Assembly (NCBI GenBank): GCA_023129715.1
Contig: JAGMBO010000008.1
Coordinates: forward strand, 58,340 to 122,339
Reading direction: 5' to 3'
Length of the DNA stretch: 64,000 nucleotides
Source: Candidatus Eiseniibacteriota bacterium
GTDB lineage: Bacteria; Eisenbacteria; RBG-16-71-46; CAIMUX01; WJJG01
Position numbers and translations under genes: made by a program. Below, piece after piece: positions 34,436-42,447 of this stretch. Under the pieces are notes generated by a model. It saw only the letters and a program-made list of their open reading frames with translations, was not told the DNA's origin and ran no database searches. The number at the start of each line of letters is the position of its first letter. The stretch's first letter is position 1.

Positions 34436-37400
34436 ATGTGCCCTAGACGACGCGACCGGACCAGGCCGATCCCCCCTCTCGCCAACCCACGCATCCGGCC
34501 AGCGTGCGTGTCAGGCGTGGCCCTTCTTCTCCTCGCTGCCGCAGTCTGCGGAACCCTGCCGGCGCACGCCGCGGACGAGTTCGCCGCGCTCGAAGAAGGC
34601 GCCTTGCTCGCGGGATTCCAGGCCGTCGCGCGCTACGAGGCCGAGGACGCCCGTCCCATCGGCGCCCGCTTCGTGCACCTGGCCACCGGCACGCCGGTCG
34701 ATCTGCTGCGTTTCGATACGGTGCCCCAAGCCTTCGTCTGGGTCCGCACGATCCCGGCCTCCGACGGCGGCGAACCCCACGCCGGCGAGCATCTCGTGCT
34801 CGGCAAGGGCACCAAGGGCCGTCACTACGCCCTGCTGACCGACATGTCGATCGGCAACCACTCCGCCTCGACCTGGCGGGACAAGACGATCTACCACTGC
34901 CACACTGCCGGCGGCACGGCAGCCTTCAGCGAGCTGCTCTACCGCATGCTCGACGCTCTCGTGCGCGCCGACTTCAGCGACGAGGAGATCCGCCGGGAAC
35001 TCTGCCACCATGGCGTTCTGGAAGACCAGGCGACCGGAACTCTCTCGCTCGAGGAGAAGGGCACCGTCTACGTCGAGATGGTCAGCGCCTACGAGAAGCC
35101 GGGAACGATCGTTTGGAACGAGATCCTGCGCCGCTGCTTCGGCCCCGGCCATCCCCTCGGCTGGGAATCGGGCGGGCGGCCCGACGCGATCCGCGAGGTG
35201 ACCCCTGCGGGCATCCGCCGCTTCTTCGCCGACTGTTACGATCTCGGGCCGGCCCTGGGCCTGATCCTTGCATTGCCCGGCTCCTTCGCCCTGCAAGCGA
35301 CCCTGGCCGATGTCGATCGCATTCTGACCGAGCTCTCCGGAACCGCGGGCGAGACGGGAGCACACGCGGCAGCGTCCGAACCCGGCAGGCGCCCGGATCC
35401 GCTCGCCCTGCTGCCGCCCCTCCCCGAAACACTAGATGCGCAGATCACGCTGCATCCCTTCCCCAGCGACAACCCCGCAACGCCGGGTCAGGCGGCCTTC
35501 GCCTGGCTGCCTCGCGCCGGGCTCGAGGCCTACGACACGATCGCGCTGGAAGCACTCTGGCACCTTCTGGCGGGCGATGAGGCCTCCTACCTCTACCGGG
35601 ATCTCGTCGACCAATCCCAGCGCATCGGGCCCGCGGGAATCACCAGCGTCAGCGGCTTTCTCGGCTCGATGGTTGGCCAGCCCCCGATGCTCTGGCTGAG
35701 CGGGCTCGACCCGGCGATCCTCGATGCCGCGTCCCTGGCCGATGTGCGACGCATCGTCACCGAGCGTCTCGCCCGGATCGCCGCGCTGGAACCGGGAACG
35801 CCCGAGTTCGCCGAGCTGCGCGAGCGGGCGGCAAACTATCTGATCGGTGAGCGCCGGGTCCTGCTCGAGAACATTGATGCGCCCCCGCGCTTCGGGTTCC
35901 GCGGCACAGGCGACTTCTGGTACCAGCACCTGCAACTCCTCGAGCGCGCGGGTGGATTCCACCGCGACCTCCTGCTGCAAGCGAGCCACCAACGCCTCGA
36001 GGAAGCGTTGGCCCAGGGGAATCCCTGGGCCGACTTGATCCCGCGGCTGGCACTCGCTGATGCCCCCGCGGTGGTGGCCGCCTTCCCCGACACGGCCATG
36101 CCGGCCCGCCTGGGAGCCGAGAAGCGGGACCGCCTCCGCCGGGCGACCGCGGAACTCACCCGGCGCTACGGCGTCGACGATGAGCAGGAGGCGCTGCGCC
36201 GCTACCGGGCGGAGTTCGATGCGACCACCGAGACGCTCCGCGAGATCGAGGCGCGCGTGCCCCAGCCCGACTTCCTCCCCGATCCCCCACTGACGCTTGA
36301 CGACTTGATCGATGCCCAGATCGTCGAGCTGCCGCTCGCATTCACCGGAACAACGCCGCTCTGCGTGACGCGCTTCCACCACACGGCCCAGATCGACTTC
36401 GGGCTCTACTTCGATGTCACCGCCACGCCCGGCGACGACCTGATCGTACTCGCGCTCTTGCCCGCGCTGATCACCGACATCGGCGCCTGGGACGGCGCTG
36501 ACTGGCTCCCCTACGACCAAGTCGCCGAACGACTGCGGCGCGATACCGGCGGGGTCGAGGCAACCTATGCCGCCCTCCCGCGCGAGTCGGGCTGCCGGGT
36601 CGAACTCGCCCTCTACGGCGGCGGGCTCACGCCGGATGAGGCCCGCGCGGCGGTCGCTTGGACTCGCCGGCTCCTAAAGAGCGCCACGCGCATCGAGCCG
36701 AGCGTGCTGCCCCGGCTGCGGGATGTGGTCGCCCGCGAGATCGCCTCGCTGCGCCAGACGATGATGGGATCGGAAGAAGACTGGGCCTGGAATCCTCCCC
36801 ACGCCTACCGCCACCAGCACGAGGGAGCCTATCTCTCCGCGCTCGCGATCTTCACCCGCCTGCATCACCTCAACCGGCTCGCCTGGATGCTGACCGATCC
36901 CCCCGCGCCGGAAGAGCTCGATGCCCTGCGGGCGAAGCTGGAACGCGTCGGATCCCGCCACGGAGCAACCCGTGAGGATCTGGCCACCTATCTCACCGGC
37001 TTGATCGAGGCGCAGGGCGCGGAGCCGGAGCCCGGGTCCCTCGGCACATCCGCCACACCGGATCCGACGCCCTCCACGCTGCGCATGACTTGTGAGTACC
37101 TGCTGGCGGAGTTGGGCACGTTGCCCGATGAGACCTTTCGTGACGACTGCGACCGGCTCGCCGGTCAAGTCTTGACCGACCTGCCGATCGCCCCCGCCGT
37201 GGTCCTGGCTCGATTGAGCGCCTGCGTCGAGCGACTCTGGGCGGCGGGCCCGGCCCGCGCGCACCTGACCGCCGCGCGCGAGACAGCCGAGGAGATCCAA
37301 CCCGAACTCGCCCGGCTGATCCGGGGGTTCGGCACGCACTGGGAACCGCACCATCCCCCCGCGGCTCCGATCACCGGCCACATCACCCGCAATCTGAGCG

Positions 37401-38146
37401 GGCGCTACCCCGAGGCTCGCGCGCGTCACTCCCCGGTGGCCCTCGTCCATGAATCCTCCCGCAACGGTCTCTTCGCCAACTCGGCACCGCTGATCACCTA
37501 CGCGCACGCCGACCGGGAAGCGCTGCTCGACTACCTGACCGCACGGGTCATCGGCGGCCAAGGCGGCCACAGCCTCTTCATGCAGACCTGGGCCGCGGGA
37601 CTGGCCTACTCCAACGGGGTCGGCTGCAGCCCGCGCCGGGGCTACCTGACCTACTACGCCGAACGATGCACCGATGCCGCCGCCACGCTTGCCTTCGTCA
37701 TCGACAAGCTCGCGCAGGCCGACGAGACGCTCACCGATCCGGCCCTGCTCGACTACGCTCTGGCCAACACCTTCTCCGACTACCGCGGCGCGGACACCTA
37801 TGTCGCGCGCGGTCGCGCGATCGCGGCGGATCTGACCGACGGCATCACCCCCGATCGCGTGCGCCGGTTCAAGGAAGCGCTCATGGAGCTGCGCGCCGCA
37901 TGGCAGGACCCGGAGGAGGCGCGGACCCTCCTGGCCGATCTGCGCCGCCGCCTGCCAGCGCTGGCTGGGCGGGTGGTGCCCGGGTATGGACAGGCGCCCG
38001 CGGAGCCCCAGGGGGCGATCACCTTCCTGATCGGGCCCGAGACGCAGATCACGAAGGTCGAGGCGTTGCTGGCCCAGCGGGGCCGTCCGCAGCGCTTCTT
38101 GCGCCTGCGCCCACGCGACTATTGGATCGACGCCGGCGGCGACTGA
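34436..38146 (+). CDS. M16 family (pitrilysin/insulinase-like) zinc metallopeptidase, secreted
   Basis: 1236 aa. Inverted zincin motif HAGEHLVLGKGTKG (HxxEH). N-terminal hydrophobic signal (VALLLLAAAVCGTLPAHA). The large size suggests two M16 lobes. Confidence 0.7.
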   Translation: MCPRRRDRTRPIPPLANPRIRPACVSGVALLLLAAAVCGTLPAHAADEFAALEEGALLAGFQAVARYEAEDARPIGARFVHLATGTPVDLLRFDTVPQAFVWVRTIPASDGGEPHAGEHLVLGKGTKGRHYALLTDMSIGNHSASTWRDKTIYHCHTAGGTAAFSELLYRMLDALVRADFSDEEIRRELCHHGVLEDQATGTLSLEEKGTVYVEMVSAYEKPGTIVWNEILRRCFGPGHPLGWESGGRPDAIREVTPAGIRRFFADCYDLGPALGLILALPGSFALQATLADVDRILTELSGTAGETGAHAAASEPGRRPDPLALLPPLPETLDAQITLHPFPSDNPATPGQAAFAWLPRAGLEAYDTIALEALWHLLAGDEASYLYRDLVDQSQRIGPAGITSVSGFLGSMVGQPPMLWLSGLDPAILDAASLADVRRIVTERLARIAALEPGTPEFAELRERAANYLIGERRVLLENIDAPPRFGFRGTGDFWYQHLQLLERAGGFHRDLLLQASHQRLEEALAQGNPWADLIPRLALADAPAVVAAFPDTAMPARLGAEKRDRLRRATAELTRRYGVDDEQEALRRYRAEFDATTETLREIEARVPQPDFLPDPPLTLDDLIDAQIVELPLAFTGTTPLCVTRFHHTAQIDFGLYFDVTATPGDDLIVLALLPALITDIGAWDGADWLPYDQVAERLRRDTGGVEATYAALPRESGCRVELALYGGGLTPDEARAAVAWTRRLLKSATRIEPSVLPRLRDVVAREIASLRQTMMGSEEDWAWNPPHAYRHQHEGAYLSALAIFTRLHHLNRLAWMLTDPPAPEELDALRAKLERVGSRHGATREDLATYLTGLIEAQGAEPEPGSLGTSATPDPTPSTLRMTCEYLLAELGTLPDETFRDDCDRLAGQVLTDLPIAPAVVLARLSACVERLWAAGPARAHLTAARETAEEIQPELARLIRGFGTHWEPHHPPAAPITGHITRNLSGRYPEARARHSPVALVHESSRNGLFANSAPLITYAHADREALLDYLTARVIGGQGGHSLFMQTWAAGLAYSNGVGCSPRRGYLTYYAERCTDAAATLAFVIDKLAQADETLTDPALLDYALANTFSDYRGADTYVARGRAIAADLTDGITPDRVRRFKEALMELRAAWQDPEEARTLLADLRRRLPALAGRVVPGYGQAPAEPQGAITFLIGPETQITKVEALLAQRGRPQRFLRLRPRDYWIDAGGD

Positions 38147-38290
38147 ACGCGACTGAACGCCCGGAGTCGGCCTCGACGCCCTTGATGGCGTTCGGGGCCA
38201 CGGGCGGGCTGCAGGGTGGACAGATCCCACCGGCCCCGGTGCAGGACGGACAGATCCGACCGACCCCACCGCGCCCTGGCCCGGGTCACG

Positions 38291-38343
38291 GGCATCGCAG
38301 ACGCTTGCCAGAGCACGGACATCGCAGGCGCTTGCCAGAGCAT
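38291..38343. repeat. two tandem ~26-nt direct repeats upstream of the SHMT-like gene
   Basis: ggcatcgcagacgcttgccagagcac / ggacatcgcaggcgcttgccagagcat. Additional short tandem repeats at 38141-38160 and 38215-38270. Confidence 0.55.
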
Positions 38344-38421
38344 GCCTTTTCCGGAGCCGAGACCGTGTGCTAGGCTCCCTTCCTTGCGCTTGGCAGCTCA
38401 TAGACCTGGGAGGAGGAGGCG

Positions 38422-39852
38422 ATGAACCTGAGCGAACAGACCCGCAAGCTCGTCGACCGGGTGATCGAGAACAACGATTGGCGCCAGCAGCGATGCTTCA
38501 ATCTGATCCCCTCGGAGAACACCCCCAGCCTGCTGGTCAAGGCGATGGAGATCTCCGACCCATCCGGCCGCTACGCCGAACACCGGACGATGAAGGGCCG
38601 GGAGGTCTACTTCTATCAGGGCATCGATCTGATCCGCGACGTCGAGGAGGAGTGCCGGGAAGCGATCTGCACCTACTTCGGGTGCCCCCGGGCCGAGTTG
38701 CGGCCGGTCAGCGGCCAGATGGCCAACGAGGTGGTCTTCAAGGCGGTAACCGCCTTTGTCAACCGCGGCCGCGGCGAAGGCGAGCCCTGGCGGCGGATCA
38801 GCTGCGTGATGAACAACGAGTTGACTCTCGGGGGACATCTCTCCTCGCAACCGATGGGCGCCCTGTTCAACTACGTCGACTTCGACAGCGCGGGCAAGGA
38901 ACGCGTCGTCAGCTTCCCGATCCGCTCGGATAACCTCTACAAGATCGACACCGAGGCACTCGGCAACCTGCTGCCCGAGACCCGGCCCGAGCTGATCATC
39001 TTCGGCAAGAGCATGTTCCTCCATCCCGAACCGGTCTCGTTCGTTCGCGAGATCATCAAGGACTGGGATCCCCGCCCAGTCGTGATGTACGACATGGCCC
39101 ACGTGCTGGGTCTCTACGGCGCCTTCCAGGATCCGCTCGCCGAAGGCGCCGACATCGTCACCGGCAGCACCCACAAGACCTTCTTCGGTCCGCAGCGGGG
39201 AGTGATCGCCTCGACCCTCGAGAAGGGCCACCCTCTCTCGAAGCTTTGGCTCAACATCAAGGGCCGCGCCTTCCCTGGCTCGACCAGCAATCACCACCTC
39301 GGCACGCTGCTGGGGCTGCTGATGGCGACCTACGAGATGAACGCATACAAGCAGGAGTATCAGGATCAGGTGCGCCGCAATGCGAAGGCCTGGGCTAAGG
39401 CGCTCAAGGCAACGGGGCTCGACGTCCAGGGAGATCCGGCCGACGGCTACACCGAGACGCATCAAGTCGTGATCCGCGTCTCCGAGCATGGGCCGGCCGA
39501 CCAGATCGCCCGCCGGCTCGAGGACAACAACATCGTCTGCAACTACCAGGCGCTCCCCGACGACGAGACCTTCCTGCAGTCGAGCGGACTGCGCACCGGT
39601 GTCCCGGAGATGACGCGCTTCGGCATGCAGGAGGAGGACTTCGGGCCGCTGGCGCAGTTCTTTGCCGACTGCGTGATCCGAGACAAGCCGGTCGCCGATG
39701 AGGTCGCCGCCTACCGGCAGAAGTTCCTGACGATGCGCTATTGCCTGCCCGCCGCGGAAGCCGCCCCGCTTGCCGCCCGCGTGCTGCATGGGATCTTCCC
39801 GCGCTCGGACTACGCCAAGCAGTTCGCTGAGAACCTGCTCGCGCTCTGCTAA
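38422..39852 (+). CDS. serine hydroxymethyltransferase family protein (divergent, fold-type I PLP enzyme)
   Basis: LIPSENTPS.. (cf. LIASENF), VTGSTHKTFFGPQRG (cf. TTTTHKTLRGPRGG, PLP lysine retained) and MYDMAHV (cf. DMAHI). 476 aa, longer than canonical GlyA. Confidence 0.6.
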   Translation: MNLSEQTRKLVDRVIENNDWRQQRCFNLIPSENTPSLLVKAMEISDPSGRYAEHRTMKGREVYFYQGIDLIRDVEEECREAICTYFGCPRAELRPVSGQMANEVVFKAVTAFVNRGRGEGEPWRRISCVMNNELTLGGHLSSQPMGALFNYVDFDSAGKERVVSFPIRSDNLYKIDTEALGNLLPETRPELIIFGKSMFLHPEPVSFVREIIKDWDPRPVVMYDMAHVLGLYGAFQDPLAEGADIVTGSTHKTFFGPQRGVIASTLEKGHPLSKLWLNIKGRAFPGSTSNHHLGTLLGLLMATYEMNAYKQEYQDQVRRNAKAWAKALKATGLDVQGDPADGYTETHQVVIRVSEHGPADQIARRLEDNNIVCNYQALPDDETFLQSSGLRTGVPEMTRFGMQEEDFGPLAQFFADCVIRDKPVADEVAAYRQKFLTMRYCLPAAEAAPLAARVLHGIFPRSDYAKQFAENLLALC

Positions 39853-39907
39853 TCGGCGAGGGCTCTACGCAGTCCTCAGGTCACCGCAGAGAACCGTCCC
39901 CCGCGCA

Positions 39908-40330
39908 TCAGTCCTTGCGGCCGGATCCCCTGAACTGATCGTCGCGGTAGCGGAAGAAGATGTTGAAGGATGTCAGGGAGCCGTAGATGGTCGTGATGTA
40001 CTGCTGCATCTCGACCTTCTCCGCATCGCTCAGCTTGGGATTACTGTTGAGCTTCTGCTCGAGCACCCGCAGGCGATCGCGCACCATCACGATCTTGTGG
40101 AAGAAGGTGTCGAGCGGCATGGACTTCTCCTGCGTGCCCCCGACCCCGGGCTTCAGGATCAGCTCGCCGCCCTCCCACCGCAGAGCCATCTCGGCCTGCG
40201 GTTCGTCCTCGGCGCGCACCGACTGCGCAACCAACTGCCGGAACTCTTCTACAGTCAGCGAGAGCACCGGAGAGTGCTCCTGATAGCTCTGCGCGCCCTG
40301 GCAGGTATGTTCGGATGTCGACTCGATCAT
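39908..40330 (-). CDS. hypothetical protein
   Basis: 140-aa ORF with locally lower GC. No recognisable domain. Convergent with the SHMT-like gene. Confidence 0.35.
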   Translation of the reverse strand: MIESTSEHTCQGAQSYQEHSPVLSLTVEEFRQLVAQSVRAEDEPQAEMALRWEGGELILKPGVGGTQEKSMPLDTFFHKIVMVRDRLRVLEQKLNSNPKLSDAEKVEMQQYITTIYGSLTSFNIFFRYRDDQFRGSGRKD

Positions 40331-40421
40331 GCTGGCCTCCTCCGCAGCGGGTGCACGCGCGATTGGCTCACCCTCCGCCCTGTGCGCTCGGGTGCCCGCG
40401 TTGCGGCACCCCGCTCCGACC

Positions 40422-40793
40422 TCAGTCCTTCTCGAGCGACCGCACGTCGCTCGATGGCTGGATCGGAATCAGGCAAATGAACCGCAGGACTTCATCGCCG
40501 GGATTGCGGAACTGATGCGGTGTGCCCGGCCGGATGAAGACGACACTGCCCTGCTCGAGAGACAAGATGCGTCTGCCCTCCGTGACCTCGCCCCGGCCCT
40601 CGAGGATGAAGATCTCATGTTCGTAGTCATGCTGGTGCAGCGGCGTGTGTCCGCCCGGCGCGACATCGAAAACCCGCATGGCGAAGTTGGGGGCCCCATC
40701 CCGGGCGGTGATCAGGTTGCGGATGAGCACGTCTTCCGCCCCCTCCATCGCCACCGGGAGTGCCGCCACCTCGGTATAGTGTCTGACGATCAT
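40422..40793 (-). CDS. cupin domain protein
   Basis: Start at MIVRHY. Cupin motifs GGHTPLHQHDYEHEIFILEG and FIRPGTPHQFRN. Confidence 0.55.
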   Translation of the reverse strand: MIVRHYTEVAALPVAMEGAEDVLIRNLITARDGAPNFAMRVFDVAPGGHTPLHQHDYEHEIFILEGRGEVTEGRRILSLEQGSVVFIRPGTPHQFRNPGDEVLRFICLIPIQPSSDVRSLEKD

Positions 40794-40924
40794 GGCACCC
40801 TCCTCGCCGCGCGCCGAAATGCCCAACGGCCGAGAATCCCCCCATGCCGCCCGCACGGAGGGATTCCCACGTTGGCGCAACGGCCTCACTGCAGCCAAGG
40901 CCGTCTCTACTCAGCAGTGGACTA

Positions 40925-41644
40925 CTACTGGCCCACGGGGAATTTCAACCCACCCTGGATATAGAGGTAGTCGAAACCGCCGTTGGAGTTGAAGCCGGCC
41001 CGGAAGGTCGGCATCATGCCTTCTCCCGATCCGATGTCGGCTCCGGCGCCGAAATTGAAGCCAATCTCGAGATCCGAGTGCGAATAACCCTCGTCAACCC
41101 ACTCCACCCCGCAGCCGCTGCAATCGACATCTGCATCCGCCTTCCAGAAGTGGAACCCGAGGCCCCCGAAGAGGAATGGCGCGAAGCTGCCCTCAGTCTG
41201 GATGTCGTAGCGTACGTTTCCGATGAAGGCGATCGTCGACCATGAGTAATCCCACGTGCAATTGCAGCCACCGTATCCATCGCTTCCCTCATCCAAGCCC
41301 TTGGTCCAGAAGTCGATCCCGGCTTCCAGACCTAGATCGGGGGAGAGCTGGCCGAGATCGGCACCAGCGCTGATCATGAAGGTGCTGCCTCCAGGAGCTT
41401 CCAGGTCGACGAAGCCGATGCGCCCCTCGATCGCCTGAAGACCGATTTCACCCGCCGCCGGAAGCGTACCCAGACTCATCACCAGACCTGCACCACCATC
41501 ATCGCCCACAACACTCTTGACCTGTTCACGAAACCCTCCTCCTCCGTGACCATTCGGAGATGCCTGTCCCATGCGTGACTGATTCGATCTCGAGGCGGGC
41601 CATCCCGCCGGGAGAAACCTAACCCAAATCGGGAATCCTGTCAC
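40925..41644 (-). CDS. Gly/Asp-rich hypothetical protein with beta-strand-like periodicity (possible beta-barrel)
   Basis: 239 aa. Alternating hydrophobic pattern and C-terminal ...FDYLYIQGGLKFPVGQ. ATGA start/stop overlap with the upstream SagB-type gene. No signal peptide at the predicted start. Confidence 0.35.
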   Translation of the reverse strand: MTGFPIWVRFLPAGWPASRSNQSRMGQASPNGHGGGGFREQVKSVVGDDGGAGLVMSLGTLPAAGEIGLQAIEGRIGFVDLEAPGGSTFMISAGADLGQLSPDLGLEAGIDFWTKGLDEGSDGYGGCNCTWDYSWSTIAFIGNVRYDIQTEGSFAPFLFGGLGFHFWKADADVDCSGCGVEWVDEGYSHSDLEIGFNFGAGADIGSGEGMMPTFRAGFNSNGGFDYLYIQGGLKFPVGQ

Positions 41645-42381
41645 CTAGCAGCTGGAGCGGGGTGACCAACCGGCACCAGCAGCAGGGGAATCTCCCCGGT
41701 AGGTAGGCCGACGACATTGCGGACGTGATCGTCGTCGAAGGCTCCGACGGCAACCGCCCCTAGGCCGCGGGCCACAGCCTCAAGCAGGAGATTCTGGCAG
41801 GCAAAACCTGCCTCCATTGTGGCATAGCGCTCACCGCGGATGCCGTACTTGACCGTCGTGCGCGACGGATCGGCCGCGATCACGACGATCAGCGGAACAT
41901 CCTTGAAGCAGCGCTGCCCGTAGGCCGCCCCACTCAGACCCGCGCGCCGGTCGATCTCCTGGTGCCACTCGATTGAATGATCGACAACGCTGTAGCGCCC
42001 CACCCCCGATGAGGCGACGACATAGATCTCCAACGGATAGAGGGCACCGGCGGAGGGAACCGTCCGGTGCGTGAAACGCTCGCCGGCGTGCGTCTGTCCC
42101 CCCGCGGCCCAGAGCAACTGACCGACTTCCGCCGCGGTCAGCGTATCGGAGGCGAACGCGCGCACGGAGACGCGCTCCTGCAGCAGCGTCTCGAGCGGGC
42201 GGGATCCGGTCCGGTCGGGGGCGGGCAAGGCGTCGGTGCGCAATACCGAGAGCGCCGCCGCTGAGGCCGCCTCGCTCTCGGCGGCCCGGGCGTCTAAGGC
42301 GTGCGGACCGCCGCAAAGGGTCAGGAGCAGGACACTGCCCACCATGAGGAATTGACGACCCGATCGCATCGGCGTGTACAT
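41641..42381 (-). CDS. SagB-type dehydrogenase / nitroreductase-family domain protein with N-terminal signal peptide
   Basis: PSAGALYPLEIYVV signature of the SagB-type dehydrogenase domain. N-terminal RSGRQFLMVGSVLLLTLCGGPHALDARA resembles a signal peptide. Confidence 0.6.
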   Translation of the reverse strand: MYTPMRSGRQFLMVGSVLLLTLCGGPHALDARAAESEAASAAALSVLRTDALPAPDRTGSRPLETLLQERVSVRAFASDTLTAAEVGQLLWAAGGQTHAGERFTHRTVPSAGALYPLEIYVVASSGVGRYSVVDHSIEWHQEIDRRAGLSGAAYGQRCFKDVPLIVVIAADPSRTTVKYGIRGERYATMEAGFACQNLLLEAVARGLGAVAVGAFDDDHVRNVVGLPTGEIPLLLVPVGHPAPAAR

Positions 42382-42447
42382 GTGCGCCTCCTTCTCGACT
42401 TGGGCCCCACGCGCGAACCGGGATCGAGGCCCCGCCGGGATGTCGGG

